Below, one piece after another: positions 38,513 through 47,702 of a DNA stretch of 47,796 bases. The translations under genes and the position numbers were made by a program. Source of the stretch: Afipia sp. (GTDB lineage Bacteria; Pseudomonadota; Alphaproteobacteria; Rhizobiales; Xanthobacteraceae); contig DASWQB010000284.1 of the NCBI GenBank assembly GCA_036398335.1, forward strand, positions 1 through 47,796. The letters run 5' to 3'. The notes under the pieces were generated by a model. The model saw nothing but the letters and a program-made list of their open reading frames with translations, had not been told where the DNA came from and made no database searches. Within the stretch, counting starts at the first letter, position 1, and each line of letters opens with the position of its first letter.

Positions 38513-39187
38513 ATGGACAAACAAGCGAACAACGACAACCTCGCCAAGGCGCAGGCCGTCATCATTCCTGTCACGCCGTTCCAGCAAAATTGTACGCTGC
38601 TGTGGTGCACGGCGACCAACAAGGCCGTGGTGATCGATCCCGGCGGCGATCTTCCGCAAATCTCAAACGCCATCGCGCAGGCCGGCGTCACCGTGGAGCA
38701 GATCTGGCTGACCCATGGCCACATCGATCATGTCGGCGGCGCGGCGGATTTGCGCGACGCACTGAAGGTCGGCATCACCGGCCCTCATATGGCGGACAAG
38801 TTCCTGCTCGATCACGTCGTGGAAAGCGGCATGCGCTTCGGCATGACCGGTGTGCGCAACTTCACGCCGGATCGCTGGCTCGATGACGGTGACACCGTCA
38901 GCGTCGGCGATGTGACGTTCGAGATTTTTCATTGCCCGGGCCACTCGCCGGGCAGCGTGGTGTATTTCAATAAAGAAATACGCTTCGCCCATGTCGGCGA
39001 CGTGTTGTTCAACGGCTCGGTCGGACGCACCGACCTGCCCGGCGGCGATCACGCGACGCTCATCAAATCGATCAACGACAAGCTGATGCCGCTCGGCGAC
39101 GATGTCGGCTTCATCTGCGGTCACGGTCCCGGCTCAAGCATCGGCCATGAACGTGCGACAAATCCGTTCTTGAACGGACTGGCTTAA
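38513..39187 (+). CDS. MBL-fold metallohydrolase (YcbL/GloC-like)
   Basis: PVTPFQQNC, LTHGHIDHVGG, PGHSPG, GDVLF..GRTDLPGG and CGHG. Confidence 0.92.
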   Translation: MDKQANNDNLAKAQAVIIPVTPFQQNCTLLWCTATNKAVVIDPGGDLPQISNAIAQAGVTVEQIWLTHGHIDHVGGAADLRDALKVGITGPHMADKFLLDHVVESGMRFGMTGVRNFTPDRWLDDGDTVSVGDVTFEIFHCPGHSPGSVVYFNKEIRFAHVGDVLFNGSVGRTDLPGGDHATLIKSINDKLMPLGDDVGFICGHGPGSSIGHERATNPFLNGLA

Positions 39188-39193
39188 GCATTC

Positions 39194-40360
39194 TCAATTA
39201 AGAGATGCCTTCAGCGCCGAGGCCGCCGAGGCATAGCCGCCGCGCGCGCCATCCACGAAATGGAAATGATCCGGCTTGTTGGATTGCGTGAAGCAGGTGA
39301 TCAGCGCGGCATCCTGCCGGTGCAAGCCGTAGCGAATGCTGCCAGCGGCCATCGCGGTCTTGAGCCGCGCCTCGATCGCATCCGCCACTTGCGGCGTGCA
39401 GTCGATCACCATCCGCAACCCGTCATCGTATTTGCGGAAGTCCGAATTCTCGACAAGCTGACGCATGTAATTACCCGGCACGAAACCACCACGCACGATG
39501 CCGTAGCGGAAGGTGAGGTGCGAGACCAGCGAGCGGCCCATCACGCGAAGATGGCGCAGCACCAACGGGCCCTTGTTTCGGATTCGCGCCATGTGGTCGA
39601 TGCCGGGCGGCGGCCACTTCATCGGCGGCCCCGTAAGAGGCACCGGCCGTCCGCCCGCTGGGGTCTTCTCGACGATCGCAAGCACGTCATCGACGGTCGC
39701 GCGAAACGCCGGCATGTCCGCACGGCTCGCGGGCACCATCAAGATCGAGAAGATCAATCCCTGCGAGGCCGGAATTTCAGAGAAATGACATGACAGGCCG
39801 GACAGATCCGGCAGCGCGCCCGGCGGCGCGGGCGCGATCGCGAATTCGCCGCGCTTCATCGCGCCGTCCGCCCATGCCAGGCCGCCGCCGCCGAACATCG
39901 CGTAGGACACATAGGGCGAAGGCGCATAGCGCGCGATGCGCACATCGACGCCGGCGGCGCGGATCGCCTCAACGGGGATCATGGCAATGCGCATGGTCAG
40001 ATCGAGCGCATCCTTAACCCAGGCCGCCGTGACGGCCAGCGCCTCGCGCGCCAGATCGGCCTCGGATGGCGGGATCGCGAAACTCGCGCCGTCGCCGCCG
40101 AACACAAAAGGAAATTCGCGTTTGTCGAGCGCGTTGGTGACGGCGGCGATCACCGCCACGCCCGCCATGTTCACCGCCTTGTACCGGTTGTCGGCGATTG
40201 CCCTCGTCGACTGCACGATATCGGAAATGCCAATGAACCAGCCTTCCGGCACCGGCTGGTACAACGAGGGGTCCGTCAACTGGCTGAAACGGTGAAAAAC
40301 CGGAAGATTGCTGTAATAGGCCGTAGCCTTGTCGTCTGTCGCGCGCTCTTTCGCATTCAT
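39194..40360 (-). CDS. DUF3095 family protein
   Basis: DIVQSTRAIADNRYKAVNMAG, PFVFGGDGA, DLSGLSC, NSDFRKYDDGLRM and HFHFVDGARGGY are characteristic of DUF3095. Confidence 0.82.
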   Translation of the reverse strand: MNAKERATDDKATAYYSNLPVFHRFSQLTDPSLYQPVPEGWFIGISDIVQSTRAIADNRYKAVNMAGVAVIAAVTNALDKREFPFVFGGDGASFAIPPSEADLAREALAVTAAWVKDALDLTMRIAMIPVEAIRAAGVDVRIARYAPSPYVSYAMFGGGGLAWADGAMKRGEFAIAPAPPGALPDLSGLSCHFSEIPASQGLIFSILMVPASRADMPAFRATVDDVLAIVEKTPAGGRPVPLTGPPMKWPPPGIDHMARIRNKGPLVLRHLRVMGRSLVSHLTFRYGIVRGGFVPGNYMRQLVENSDFRKYDDGLRMVIDCTPQVADAIEARLKTAMAAGSIRYGLHRQDAALITCFTQSNKPDHFHFVDGARGGYASAASALKASLN

Positions 40361-40493
40361 GGCATCAGCCTAACGGATAGGATGAAAAGACAAAATGCCG
40401 TGACACGTCATCATGACATTTGGGCGATGGTACCCCATCTGTTACCCACTTTGCGCACGTCCTTCCCGTACCTTCCAAGAAAGATCAACCGAC

Positions 40494-41624
40494 ATGAGCG
40501 AACTTTCCAAGAGTGCCCTGTTCAAGAGTGCCTTGTTCAAGCCTTGGCAACTGGGGCCCCTCGCTTTGCCAAACCGGATCGTGATCGCGCCGATGTGCGA
40601 ATATTCGGCCGAGGACGGCAACGCCACAGATTGGCACATGATTCATCTCGGCCATCTCGCATTGTCCGGTGCCGGCCTGCTGGTGGTCGAAGCCACCGCG
40701 GTGTCGCCTGAGGGGCGCATCACGCCGAACGATCTGGGACTTTATTCGGACGCCAATGAGGCGGCGCTGGCCCGCGTCCTGAAAGCCGTGCGTCAGTATT
40801 CACCGATCAAGGTCGCGGTGCAGCTCGCCCATGCCGGGCGCAAGGCCTCGACCAACGTGCCGTGGCAGGGCGGCGCGCAGATCGCACCGGATGCACCTGG
40901 CGGCTGGCAGACTGTGGCGCCATCCGCATTGCCGTTTGCCGACACCGATAATTCGCCGACTGCTCTCGATGCGGCCGGCCTTGCAAAGGTCAAGGCCGAT
41001 TTCGTCACCGCCGCCAAGCGCGCGGCAAAGCTCGGCTTCGAAGGCATCGAACTTCACGGCGCGCACGGCTATCTGCTGCACGAATTCCTCTCGCCGCTCT
41101 CCAATGTCCGCACCGATAATTACGGCGGCAGCATCGAGAACAGGATGCGGTTTCCGCTTGAGGTCTACGACGCGGTTCGCGCGGTCTTCCCCGCCGACAG
41201 ACCGGTCTGGTTCCGCGTCTCGGCGTCGGATTGGATCGATGGCGGATGGGATGTCGCGAGCACGATTGCGTTCGCGAAGGAATTGAAACAGCGCGGCTCT
41301 CCGGTGATCCACGTCTCGAGCGGCGGCCTGTCTCCGCACCAGCAGATCAAGCTCAAACCCGGCTATCAGGTCGACTTCTCCGAGCAGGTGAAGAAGGGCG
41401 CCGGCATCGAGACCATTGCCGTCGGATTGATTACCGAGCCGCAGCAGGCCGAAGAGATCGTCGCGAGCGGCCAGGCGGATGCGGTCGCGCTGGCTCGCGG
41501 CATCCTTTACAATCCGCGCTGGCCCTGGCACGCGGCGGCTGAACTGAATGCGCACGTCGTCGCGCCGCCGCAGTATCTGCGCTCGCAACCGTCCGGACTG
41601 CGGGAATTGTTCAAGACGGCGTAA
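40494..41624 (+). CDS. NADH:flavin oxidoreductase, old yellow enzyme family (YqjM/NamA-like)
   Basis: NRIVIAPMCEYSA, QLAHAGRKAS, ELHGAHGYLLHEFLSP and RTDNYGGSIENR. Confidence 0.93.
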   Translation: MSELSKSALFKSALFKPWQLGPLALPNRIVIAPMCEYSAEDGNATDWHMIHLGHLALSGAGLLVVEATAVSPEGRITPNDLGLYSDANEAALARVLKAVRQYSPIKVAVQLAHAGRKASTNVPWQGGAQIAPDAPGGWQTVAPSALPFADTDNSPTALDAAGLAKVKADFVTAAKRAAKLGFEGIELHGAHGYLLHEFLSPLSNVRTDNYGGSIENRMRFPLEVYDAVRAVFPADRPVWFRVSASDWIDGGWDVASTIAFAKELKQRGSPVIHVSSGGLSPHQQIKLKPGYQVDFSEQVKKGAGIETIAVGLITEPQQAEEIVASGQADAVALARGILYNPRWPWHAAAELNAHVVAPPQYLRSQPSGLRELFKTA

Positions 41625-41701
41625 ATACCCACGCAGAGTCGGGTCCGGCTTTGCCGGATCGGACCCTGCGTTTTATATTAGGCCTTTGGCATAGCTTGCG
41701 T

Positions 41702-42460
41702 TTAAAGCCGGCTCGCCTCCGCCTTGAAAGCTTGCGCGAAGTTCTCGATATCCGCTTCGGGCAAGTCAGACACCGCGACAAATGTCGCCTCGCCATCGCG
41801 CCAGCTGACGGTCCGATATCCCGAAACCGTGACGGCGGGCACGGCCTGACCCTTCGGCAACATCGTCAGGCTCACCAGATGCGCGGCATGCCGGTACACC
41901 AGCGTCGCGACCGGCAATTGTCCGATCACGTCGACACGGCCACCGGCGAGTGTAAATCCGGCCGCCGATAGATCCACCACCTGCGGAGATTCCGGCAAAC
42001 GCGTGGTGAACCAGGGCTTGACGGTGTGGCGATCGGACGAGGCGACATCGAAGGGTTGCGGCGCCAGCAGGCCGCGGATGTGATTGGCAATCGCGAGGCT
42101 CGCCACGTCATCGCGCGGACGGCTGCTTTCGAAGACCGACATGAGGACGGCACCGGCCAGAATCCCCGCACACAGACACGCCGCAAGAGCGCGCCAGCTC
42201 CAGCGATGAGCGGTCCCGGCTTCACCGGAAGCACCGCTTGCGATTGCGCCTTTGATGCGCGCCTCCAGATCGCGCGGGAGCGCATCGGCGGGAATCCGGT
42301 GGAGATTTTCCCGAAGCGCAAAAATAGCGTCGGCGCAGCGACGCAGGTTTGCGTCGGACGACAGCCGGTGCTCGAACGCCACCGCGCTCGCGGCGTCGAG
42401 TTCGCCATCGCAATAGGCTTGCAGCATCAGTTCATCATTGTCTTGCATCGATGCGATCAT
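41702..42460 (-). CDS. Transmembrane anti-sigma factor
   Basis: LQAYCDGELD...EHRL N-terminus, one TM helix and periplasmic DVASSDRHTVKPWF..GGRVD. ATGA overlap with the sigma gene. Confidence 0.88.
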   Translation of the reverse strand: MIASMQDNDELMLQAYCDGELDAASAVAFEHRLSSDANLRRCADAIFALRENLHRIPADALPRDLEARIKGAIASGASGEAGTAHRWSWRALAACLCAGILAGAVLMSVFESSRPRDDVASLAIANHIRGLLAPQPFDVASSDRHTVKPWFTTRLPESPQVVDLSAAGFTLAGGRVDVIGQLPVATLVYRHAAHLVSLTMLPKGQAVPAVTVSGYRTVSWRDGEATFVAVSDLPEADIENFAQAFKAEASRL

Positions 42461-43152
42461 GACATCTTGCCTTCGAGCAACTCAATCAGCATTTGCCGGG
42501 CGCGGGAGAGCCGCGACATCACCGTGCCGATCGGCAGGCTCGTGATGGCGGCAATGTCCCTGTAGTTCAACTCATGCATCTCCCGCAACACGATGACTTC
42601 GCGAAACACCGCCGGCAATTGCGCAACGGCGCGGCGCACATCTTCCGACACAGCATTCGACATGGCGATGTCTTCCGGCGTATCGACGCTGGCGCCATCC
42701 GGCCGTTCACGTTCAAGGCCCTGCCGCTCCGACACCGCAAGATCTTCGGTGAACACCAGATCCCTGGGACGGTTTTTCCCAAGCCACGTATAGGCGGTGT
42801 TGCGCACGATCGACAGACTCCATGCGCGCGCGTTGACCAGATCGAACGTGCGAATGCCGCGAAAGGCGCGGACCGCGGCATCCTGCACCACATCCTCCGC
42901 ATCGCTGGCATTTCCGGTCAGCCAGCGCGCGAGGCGAAACGCCTCCGGCAGATAGGGCAGAAAAATATCGCCAAACAGAGTTTTGTCGTCGCTGTCGCGC
43001 ACGGCCGATCCTGCTGCCTCGTTGCGGATCGTTGCTTCCGGCAGACCCGCGCAGGTCGTATCTAGCATGTCTTTCGAGGTGTGATGCGGCTGCGTTGCCG
43101 CCACCGCATCACTTCTGCGTCGGTCAAAGGATATGATGTTGCGCGTGCTCAA
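42457..43152 (-). CDS. ECF RNA polymerase sigma factor
   Basis: Region 2 LARWLTGNASDAEDVVQDA..AWSLSIVRN and region 4 FREVIVLRE..YRDIA..PIGTVMSRLSRAR. Start is TTG 43152 (overlapping the cupredoxin stop) or ATG 43068. Confidence 0.92.
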   Translation of the reverse strand: MSTRNIISFDRRRSDAVAATQPHHTSKDMLDTTCAGLPEATIRNEAAGSAVRDSDDKTLFGDIFLPYLPEAFRLARWLTGNASDAEDVVQDAAVRAFRGIRTFDLVNARAWSLSIVRNTAYTWLGKNRPRDLVFTEDLAVSERQGLERERPDGASVDTPEDIAMSNAVSEDVRRAVAQLPAVFREVIVLREMHELNYRDIAAITSLPIGTVMSRLSRARQMLIELLEGKMS

Positions 43153-43517
43153 GGCTTGACGATCACCTTTCCCGTCATGTGCGGATGCAGCCCGCAAAAA
43201 TAGCTGAAGTCTCCTGCCGCCGCGAACGTGAACGAATAGGAATCGTCCGTATCGAGCGCCTTGGAGCGAAACGTTTTCTTGTCGCTCGCAACAATCGAAT
43301 GCGGGATGTCGTCATGATTGACCCAGGTCACGACCGCGCCGACCGGCACCGTGATCTCGGGGGGCGTGAACGTGAAATTGTCGATCGTGATTTTCACGTC
43401 CTTGTCGGCAGCCATCAGAGGTCTCAGCCCGATCAGCGAGCCGGTCGATAGTCCGCTTGCTATGGCAACAAGGATGATGCGCCGGGACATGCCGAACGCA
43501 ACTTTTTGAATGGTCAT
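43149..43517 (-). CDS. Periplasmic cupredoxin (amicyanin/plastocyanin-like)
   Basis: Signal peptide, IDNFTFTP, WVNHDDIPH and YFCGLHPHMTG type-1 copper ligands (H, C, H, M). Confidence 0.92.
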   Translation of the reverse strand: MTIQKVAFGMSRRIILVAIASGLSTGSLIGLRPLMAADKDVKITIDNFTFTPPEITVPVGAVVTWVNHDDIPHSIVASDKKTFRSKALDTDDSYSFTFAAAGDFSYFCGLHPHMTGKVIVKP

Positions 43518-43551
43518 GCAAGTTATCTCTTTGTTGTTACGGGTGGATGGA

Positions 43552-44508
43552 TCAGCTTGCGAGGGTGGTATCGACGATGGCGAGCGGCTTGTTGCCTTGC
43601 GCCAGCTTCACCGATGACAGGCCGAGAAAGCCGCGCAGCTTTTCGGCCGGCACCAGCATCGGCCCGGGCGATGGCGCGGTGCCGGGCGCCGGCTGCGGGA
43701 AGGCCGTCGAAAGCGCGGTATGGAAGGTCATGTTGCCTTCCACCTTCTGCGCAAGCTGATGGATATGGCCGTTCAGAACGGTGACGGAGCCGAACCGCTT
43801 CAGCAGATCCAGTGCCCGCGTGCCGTCTTCGGTGCCCCATCCCCACTGCTGATAGAGAACGTAAAGCGGGATATGCGCGAACACGACGATCGGCGTGCTG
43901 GCGGATTTGCCCTTGAGGTCGGCCTCCAGCCACGCAAGCTGCTCGGCGCCGAGATTGCCGAGACCACCGCCCTTGAGATCGACGACGTTCACAAGGCCGA
44001 TGAAATGCACGCCGTGATCGTCGAAGCTGTACCAGCCCGCGCCTTTGGTGCCTTTGCCGTAACGCTCGAGATAGGCCTTGCCGCGATCTTCATCGATGAT
44101 GTCGTGCTCGCCCGGCACATAATGAAGTCGCAGGCCCGTTTCGCCGAACACCTTGTCGGCGTTGTCGAACTCGGCAGGCCGCGACAAATGAGTGATGTCG
44201 CCGGTATGCACGATGAACGACGGTTTGATGGCGAGCGCCTTCACCTTGCCGACCGCCTCGCGCAAGGTTCCAAGCGCGTCGGGATTGGCCGCCTTGTCAA
44301 AGCCGATATGGCTGTCGCTCATTTGCAGGAAGCTGAACCCCGCGCTGTCCGCGGTCCTTGTCTCGGCCGCCCTGGCTTCGCCCAGCAGGCCGGTTGAGAC
44401 GGGCACGCCGCCGCTCATCGTCCAAAGCACGCCGGTCCCCGCCCAGACCATGCATTCGAGCGCATGGCGCCGGTCATGGTCGATCTCGTCATTGTCCTGC
44501 TGGCCCAT
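43552..44508 (-). CDS. Calcineurin-like metallophosphoesterase, probably exported
   Basis: SDSH, TGD, PGEHD, FAHIP and NGHIH motifs. N-terminal DRRHAL..hydrophobic Tat-like leader. GGGAG RBS. Confidence 0.9.
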   Translation of the reverse strand: MGQQDNDEIDHDRRHALECMVWAGTGVLWTMSGGVPVSTGLLGEARAAETRTADSAGFSFLQMSDSHIGFDKAANPDALGTLREAVGKVKALAIKPSFIVHTGDITHLSRPAEFDNADKVFGETGLRLHYVPGEHDIIDEDRGKAYLERYGKGTKGAGWYSFDDHGVHFIGLVNVVDLKGGGLGNLGAEQLAWLEADLKGKSASTPIVVFAHIPLYVLYQQWGWGTEDGTRALDLLKRFGSVTVLNGHIHQLAQKVEGNMTFHTALSTAFPQPAPGTAPSPGPMLVPAEKLRGFLGLSSVKLAQGNKPLAIVDTTLAS

Positions 44509-44545
44509 CTGAATCTCCCGTTGCAAAAACGTGGTCGCATATCGG

Positions 44546-44572
44546 AGACTCAGGCGCGGCGGGATTTATTCC
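44546..44572 (-). promoter_or_regulatory. Putative ECF-sigma promoter of the phosphoesterase-cupredoxin-sigma operon
   Basis: On the - strand: GGAATAAA-TCCCGCCGCGCCTGA-GTCT, about 40 nt before the first start codon. Confidence 0.55.
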
Positions 44573-44695
44573 CGGAACCGGCAAGATCGCGGTTGGCGAT
44601 CTTTTTGCAGCGGCGGCGAACCGGACCCTGTGCTAATACCGGGCGCATATGCGGGCCAGGCGCGCAGCGCGGCGATTTATGAACGGTGAAAACGA

Positions 44696-45100
44696 ATGTC
44701 CCCTGTCTCTCTTTTCCTGAACATTCTCTGGATCGTGCTGGGCGGTTTCTGGATGGCGTTCGCCTGGATGGTCGCGGCCGTGATCATGGCCATCACCATC
44801 ATCGGCCTGCCATGGGCGCGCGCCGCCATGACCATCGCCGGCTACACGCTGTTTCCGTTCGGACAGAGGGCCGTGTCGCGCGATGTGCATACCGGCCGCG
44901 GCGATCTCGGCACCGGCGCGCTCGGTGTGATCGGCAACATCGTCTGGTTCATTCTGGCGGGCTGGTGGCTGGCGCTCGGCCATGTCTGTACGGCGATCCT
45001 GCTGGCCATCACCATTGTCGGCATTCCGTTCGCATGGGCGCATCTCAAGCTTGCCGGCATCGCGCTGTGGCCGATCGGCAAGACCATCGTGCCGGCGTGA
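44696..45100 (+). CDS. YccF-domain inner membrane protein
   Basis: Two repeats: LNILWIVLGG..ITIIGLPW..FPFG and GNIVWFILAG..ITIVGIPF..WPIG. Confidence 0.92.
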   Translation: MSPVSLFLNILWIVLGGFWMAFAWMVAAVIMAITIIGLPWARAAMTIAGYTLFPFGQRAVSRDVHTGRGDLGTGALGVIGNIVWFILAGWWLALGHVCTAILLAITIVGIPFAWAHLKLAGIALWPIGKTIVPA

Positions 45101-45102
45101 TC

Positions 45103-45130
45103 GGACACCCGGCATAAGCCGGGCATGACG
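45103..45130. repeat. Half CGTC-type REP-like element between convergent genes
   Basis: CCCGGC-ATAA-GCCGGG hairpin ending in CATGACG, similar to the right arm of the 5761-5860 element. Confidence 0.5.
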
Positions 45131-45140
45131 GGCGTGAAAT

Positions 45141-46037
45141 TTACTTCACCTGAGACAAAAACCGTTCGATCATCCATGCGGCGGCGGGGCCGGGCGGATT
45201 GTCGGTGCGATAGATCGCATGAAGCCCGTATTCGCCGATCTGCCATTCCGGCAGTTTGAGCCGCACCAATCGTCCCGCCTTCAGATCGCCACGCACCATC
45301 GGCTCCGGCATGTTGCCCCAGCCGACACCGGCGAGGAGAAGCGCGTGCTTGGCGCCCAGATCCGCCAGCCGCCATGACTTGACCGCGATCACGCCGAAAT
45401 CCTGCCCTTCGGTCAAAGTGGAGCGATCGGTCAGCACCAGCTGGATATGATTGCGCGCCTCGCCCGGCAGATTTTTTTTCGCCTTCGCAAGCGGATGGCC
45501 AGGCGCGGCGACCGGAATGAGATCGACGCCGCCGATATTGATGCGCTCGATGCCCACAACCTCCGAAAAAATGGGACCGCAGACCCCGATGCGGGCAACG
45601 CCGCTGACAACAAGCTGCCTGGTCGCGCCGAGCGCCTCGACATGCAGACGCAGCGGCACGGTCGGAAACTTCGCCTCGAACGCCTGCATCGCATCGACCA
45701 GCCGCGCGGTCGGCAGCATGACGTCCACCACCATCGTGACCTCGGCCTCGAGGCCTTCGATCATGCCTTTGACCTTGGCGCGCAGATTGTCGACGCTCAT
45801 GGAGAGCGTGCGCGCTTCCGACAACACCGCGATTCCGGCCTCGGTCAAAACAGGCTTGCGGGTCTGCTCGCGGTCGAACAACACCACCCCGAGCTGGGAT
45901 TCGAGATTTGCGATGGCGTAGCTGATCGCGGAGGTCGCCCGGCCGAGCCGCCGTCCGGCGGCGGCGAAGCTGCCAGTTTCCACGACGACCAGAAAAACCT
46001 GAAGCTGGTCGAGGCTCGGAAAACCCGGTCCCTTCAT
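45141..46037 (-). CDS. LysR family transcriptional regulator
   Basis: LDQLQVF..ETGSFAAAGRRLGRATSAISYAIANLESQLGVVLFDR HTH. Divergent from wrbA. Confidence 0.94.
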   Translation of the reverse strand: MKGPGFPSLDQLQVFLVVVETGSFAAAGRRLGRATSAISYAIANLESQLGVVLFDREQTRKPVLTEAGIAVLSEARTLSMSVDNLRAKVKGMIEGLEAEVTMVVDVMLPTARLVDAMQAFEAKFPTVPLRLHVEALGATRQLVVSGVARIGVCGPIFSEVVGIERINIGGVDLIPVAAPGHPLAKAKKNLPGEARNHIQLVLTDRSTLTEGQDFGVIAVKSWRLADLGAKHALLLAGVGWGNMPEPMVRGDLKAGRLVRLKLPEWQIGEYGLHAIYRTDNPPGPAAAWMIERFLSQVK

Positions 46038-46176
46038 ATCGAATTTCCTGAACGTTATCTTCAAAACTTTACGGGTTTTTTGGAGGTAAGGGAACGCCTA
46101 TGTGTGTCCTGCCGCCGGACGATCGCGGGGATTCTCAACGCGCGAACCGGCTCATCAGATTTGACAGGAGCGTGCG

Positions 46177-46776
46177 ATGTCCAAGGTTCTCGTGCTTTAT
46201 TATTCCACTTACGGTCATATCGAAGCGATGGCGCAGGCTGTCGCGGAGGGCGCGCGTTCGACGGGCGCAACCGTCGACATCAAGCGCGTGCCGGAGACCG
46301 CGCCGCTCGAAGTCGCAAAGGCCGCCCACTTCAAACTCGATCAGGCCGCGCCAATCGCGCAGATCGAGGATCTCGCCAATTACGACGCCATCATCGTCGG
46401 CACCGGCACGCGCTTTGGCCGCATCAGCTCGCAGATGGCGAGCTTCCTCGATCAGGCCGGCGGATTGTGGATGCGCGGCGCGCTGAACGGCAAGGTCGGC
46501 GCGGCGTTTACCTCGACAGCGACCCAGCATGGCGGACAGGAGACCACGCTGTTCTCGCTCATCACCAATCTTCTGCATTTCGGCCTGATCGTGGTCGGCC
46601 TGCCCTACAGCTTCCAGGGCCAGATGAAACTCGACGAAGTCACCGGCGGCAGCCCGTATGGCGCGACCACCATCGCAGGCGGCGACGGCTCGCGCCAGCC
46701 GAGCGAAAACGAACTCGCCGGCGCACGCTTCCAGGGCGAACACGTCGCCCGCACCGCCAACAAGCTGTTCGGATAA
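46177..46776 (+). CDS. wrbA: NAD(P)H:quinone oxidoreductase WrbA
   Basis: [28 protein letters not shown] and GGSPYGA. Confidence 0.96.
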   Translation: MSKVLVLYYSTYGHIEAMAQAVAEGARSTGATVDIKRVPETAPLEVAKAAHFKLDQAAPIAQIEDLANYDAIIVGTGTRFGRISSQMASFLDQAGGLWMRGALNGKVGAAFTSTATQHGGQETTLFSLITNLLHFGLIVVGLPYSFQGQMKLDEVTGGSPYGATTIAGGDGSRQPSENELAGARFQGEHVARTANKLFG

Positions 46777-46788
46777 CGCTTAACTCTC

Positions 46789-46822
46789 AACCGGCGCGAA
46801 AAATCCTTCGCGCCGGTTTTTC
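46789..46822 (+). terminator. Hairpin/terminator between wrbA and doxX
   Basis: AACCGGCGCGAA..TTCGCGCCGGTT followed by a T tract. Confidence 0.6.
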
Positions 46823-46839
46823 ATATCCGGAGACATCCA

Positions 46840-47235
46840 ATGAATTCGTCGTTTCGCTATCTGCCCTTCATCGGGCGCGTGCTGATCGCCCTCATCTTCC
46901 TGCTCAGCGGCCTGTCGAAAATCGGCAACCCCGCCGGCACGCAGGCCTATATTGCCGCCGCAGGACTGCCGCTTCCCGAATTGAGCTTCTGGATCGCGGT
47001 CGTGATCGAAATCGTCGGCGGCGTTCTCCTGATCGTCGGCTACCAGGCCCGCGCGGCCGCCGGCGTGGTGGCGCTGTTCACGGTCGCGGCCGCGATCGGC
47101 TTTCACAACAACTTCGCCGACCAGATGCAGATGATCAATTTCATGAAGAACATCTGCATGACCGGCGGCCTGCTTCAGGTGGTCGCCTTCGGCGCCGGGC
47201 CGATCAGCCTCGACGCCCGCGTCGGGCGCGCATGA
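46840..47235 (+). CDS. DoxX family membrane protein
   Basis: GRVLIALIFLLSGLSK, IEIVGG, FMKNICMTGGLL and GAGPISLD. Confidence 0.92.
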   Translation: MNSSFRYLPFIGRVLIALIFLLSGLSKIGNPAGTQAYIAAAGLPLPELSFWIAVVIEIVGGVLLIVGYQARAAAGVVALFTVAAAIGFHNNFADQMQMINFMKNICMTGGLLQVVAFGAGPISLDARVGRA

Positions 47236-47311
47236 AAGCCGGAGAAAAGCCATGAAAACGGCTGGCGATTTGCTGCATGACAATCTGCGCTACATGATCA
47301 CTGACCACGCT

Positions 47312-47494
47312 TTATGGCGGCGCGGTGAATTCCACCTCAGTGCCAAGAGCGCGAATTGCCCTGACCAGCGCGAGCCCTTCGGCGTCGCGGCGGCCGGAGA
47401 CCGCGAGCCTTGCACCGTCATGCGCGAAAGCCAAAGCGGTGGCCCGGCCGATGCAGGTCAGAGCGCCTGTAATCGGAACAACTTGGCCGGTCAT
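47312..47494 (-). pseudogene. Truncated short-chain dehydrogenase (N-terminal ~60 aa only)
   Basis: GGGAG RBS, then MTGQVVPITGALTCIGRATALAFAHDGARLAVSGRR: a Rossmann TGxxxGIG motif with G>C. Stops at 47312 and no YxxxK half was found. Confidence 0.7.
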
Positions 47495-47625
47495 CGCAAT
47501 CTCCCTCTGGCAATCTCTCTCAGGAACAGGGGGATTTACCCCGCACCGGCCACCGTTCTTGCACCTGATCGCAACAATGTGACGCCGTTGCCCGCCAAGC
47601 GCCAATCGGCTACACAAACCGGGCC

Positions 47626-47702
47626 GCACCCGTAGCTCAGCTGGATAGAGCGTTGCCCTCCGAAGGCAAAGGTCACACGTTCGAATCGTGTCGGGTGCGC
47701 CA
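47626..47702 (+). tRNA. tRNA-Arg (anticodon CCG)
   Basis: Acceptor GCACCCG/CGGGTGC, D arm GCTC..GAGC, anticodon arm TTGCC-CTCCGAA-GGCAA, T loop GTTCGAATC and encoded CCA. Confidence 0.97.

Noticed and set aside
45447-47255. 602-aa + strand ORF
   Set aside because: It lies antisense to lysR and out of frame over wrbA and doxX. It is Arg-rich with no domain, typical of a shadow ORF in GC-rich DNA.
47252-47635. 127-aa + strand ORF after doxX
   Set aside because: It runs into the tRNA, is antisense to the SDR remnant, and has no recognisable motif.
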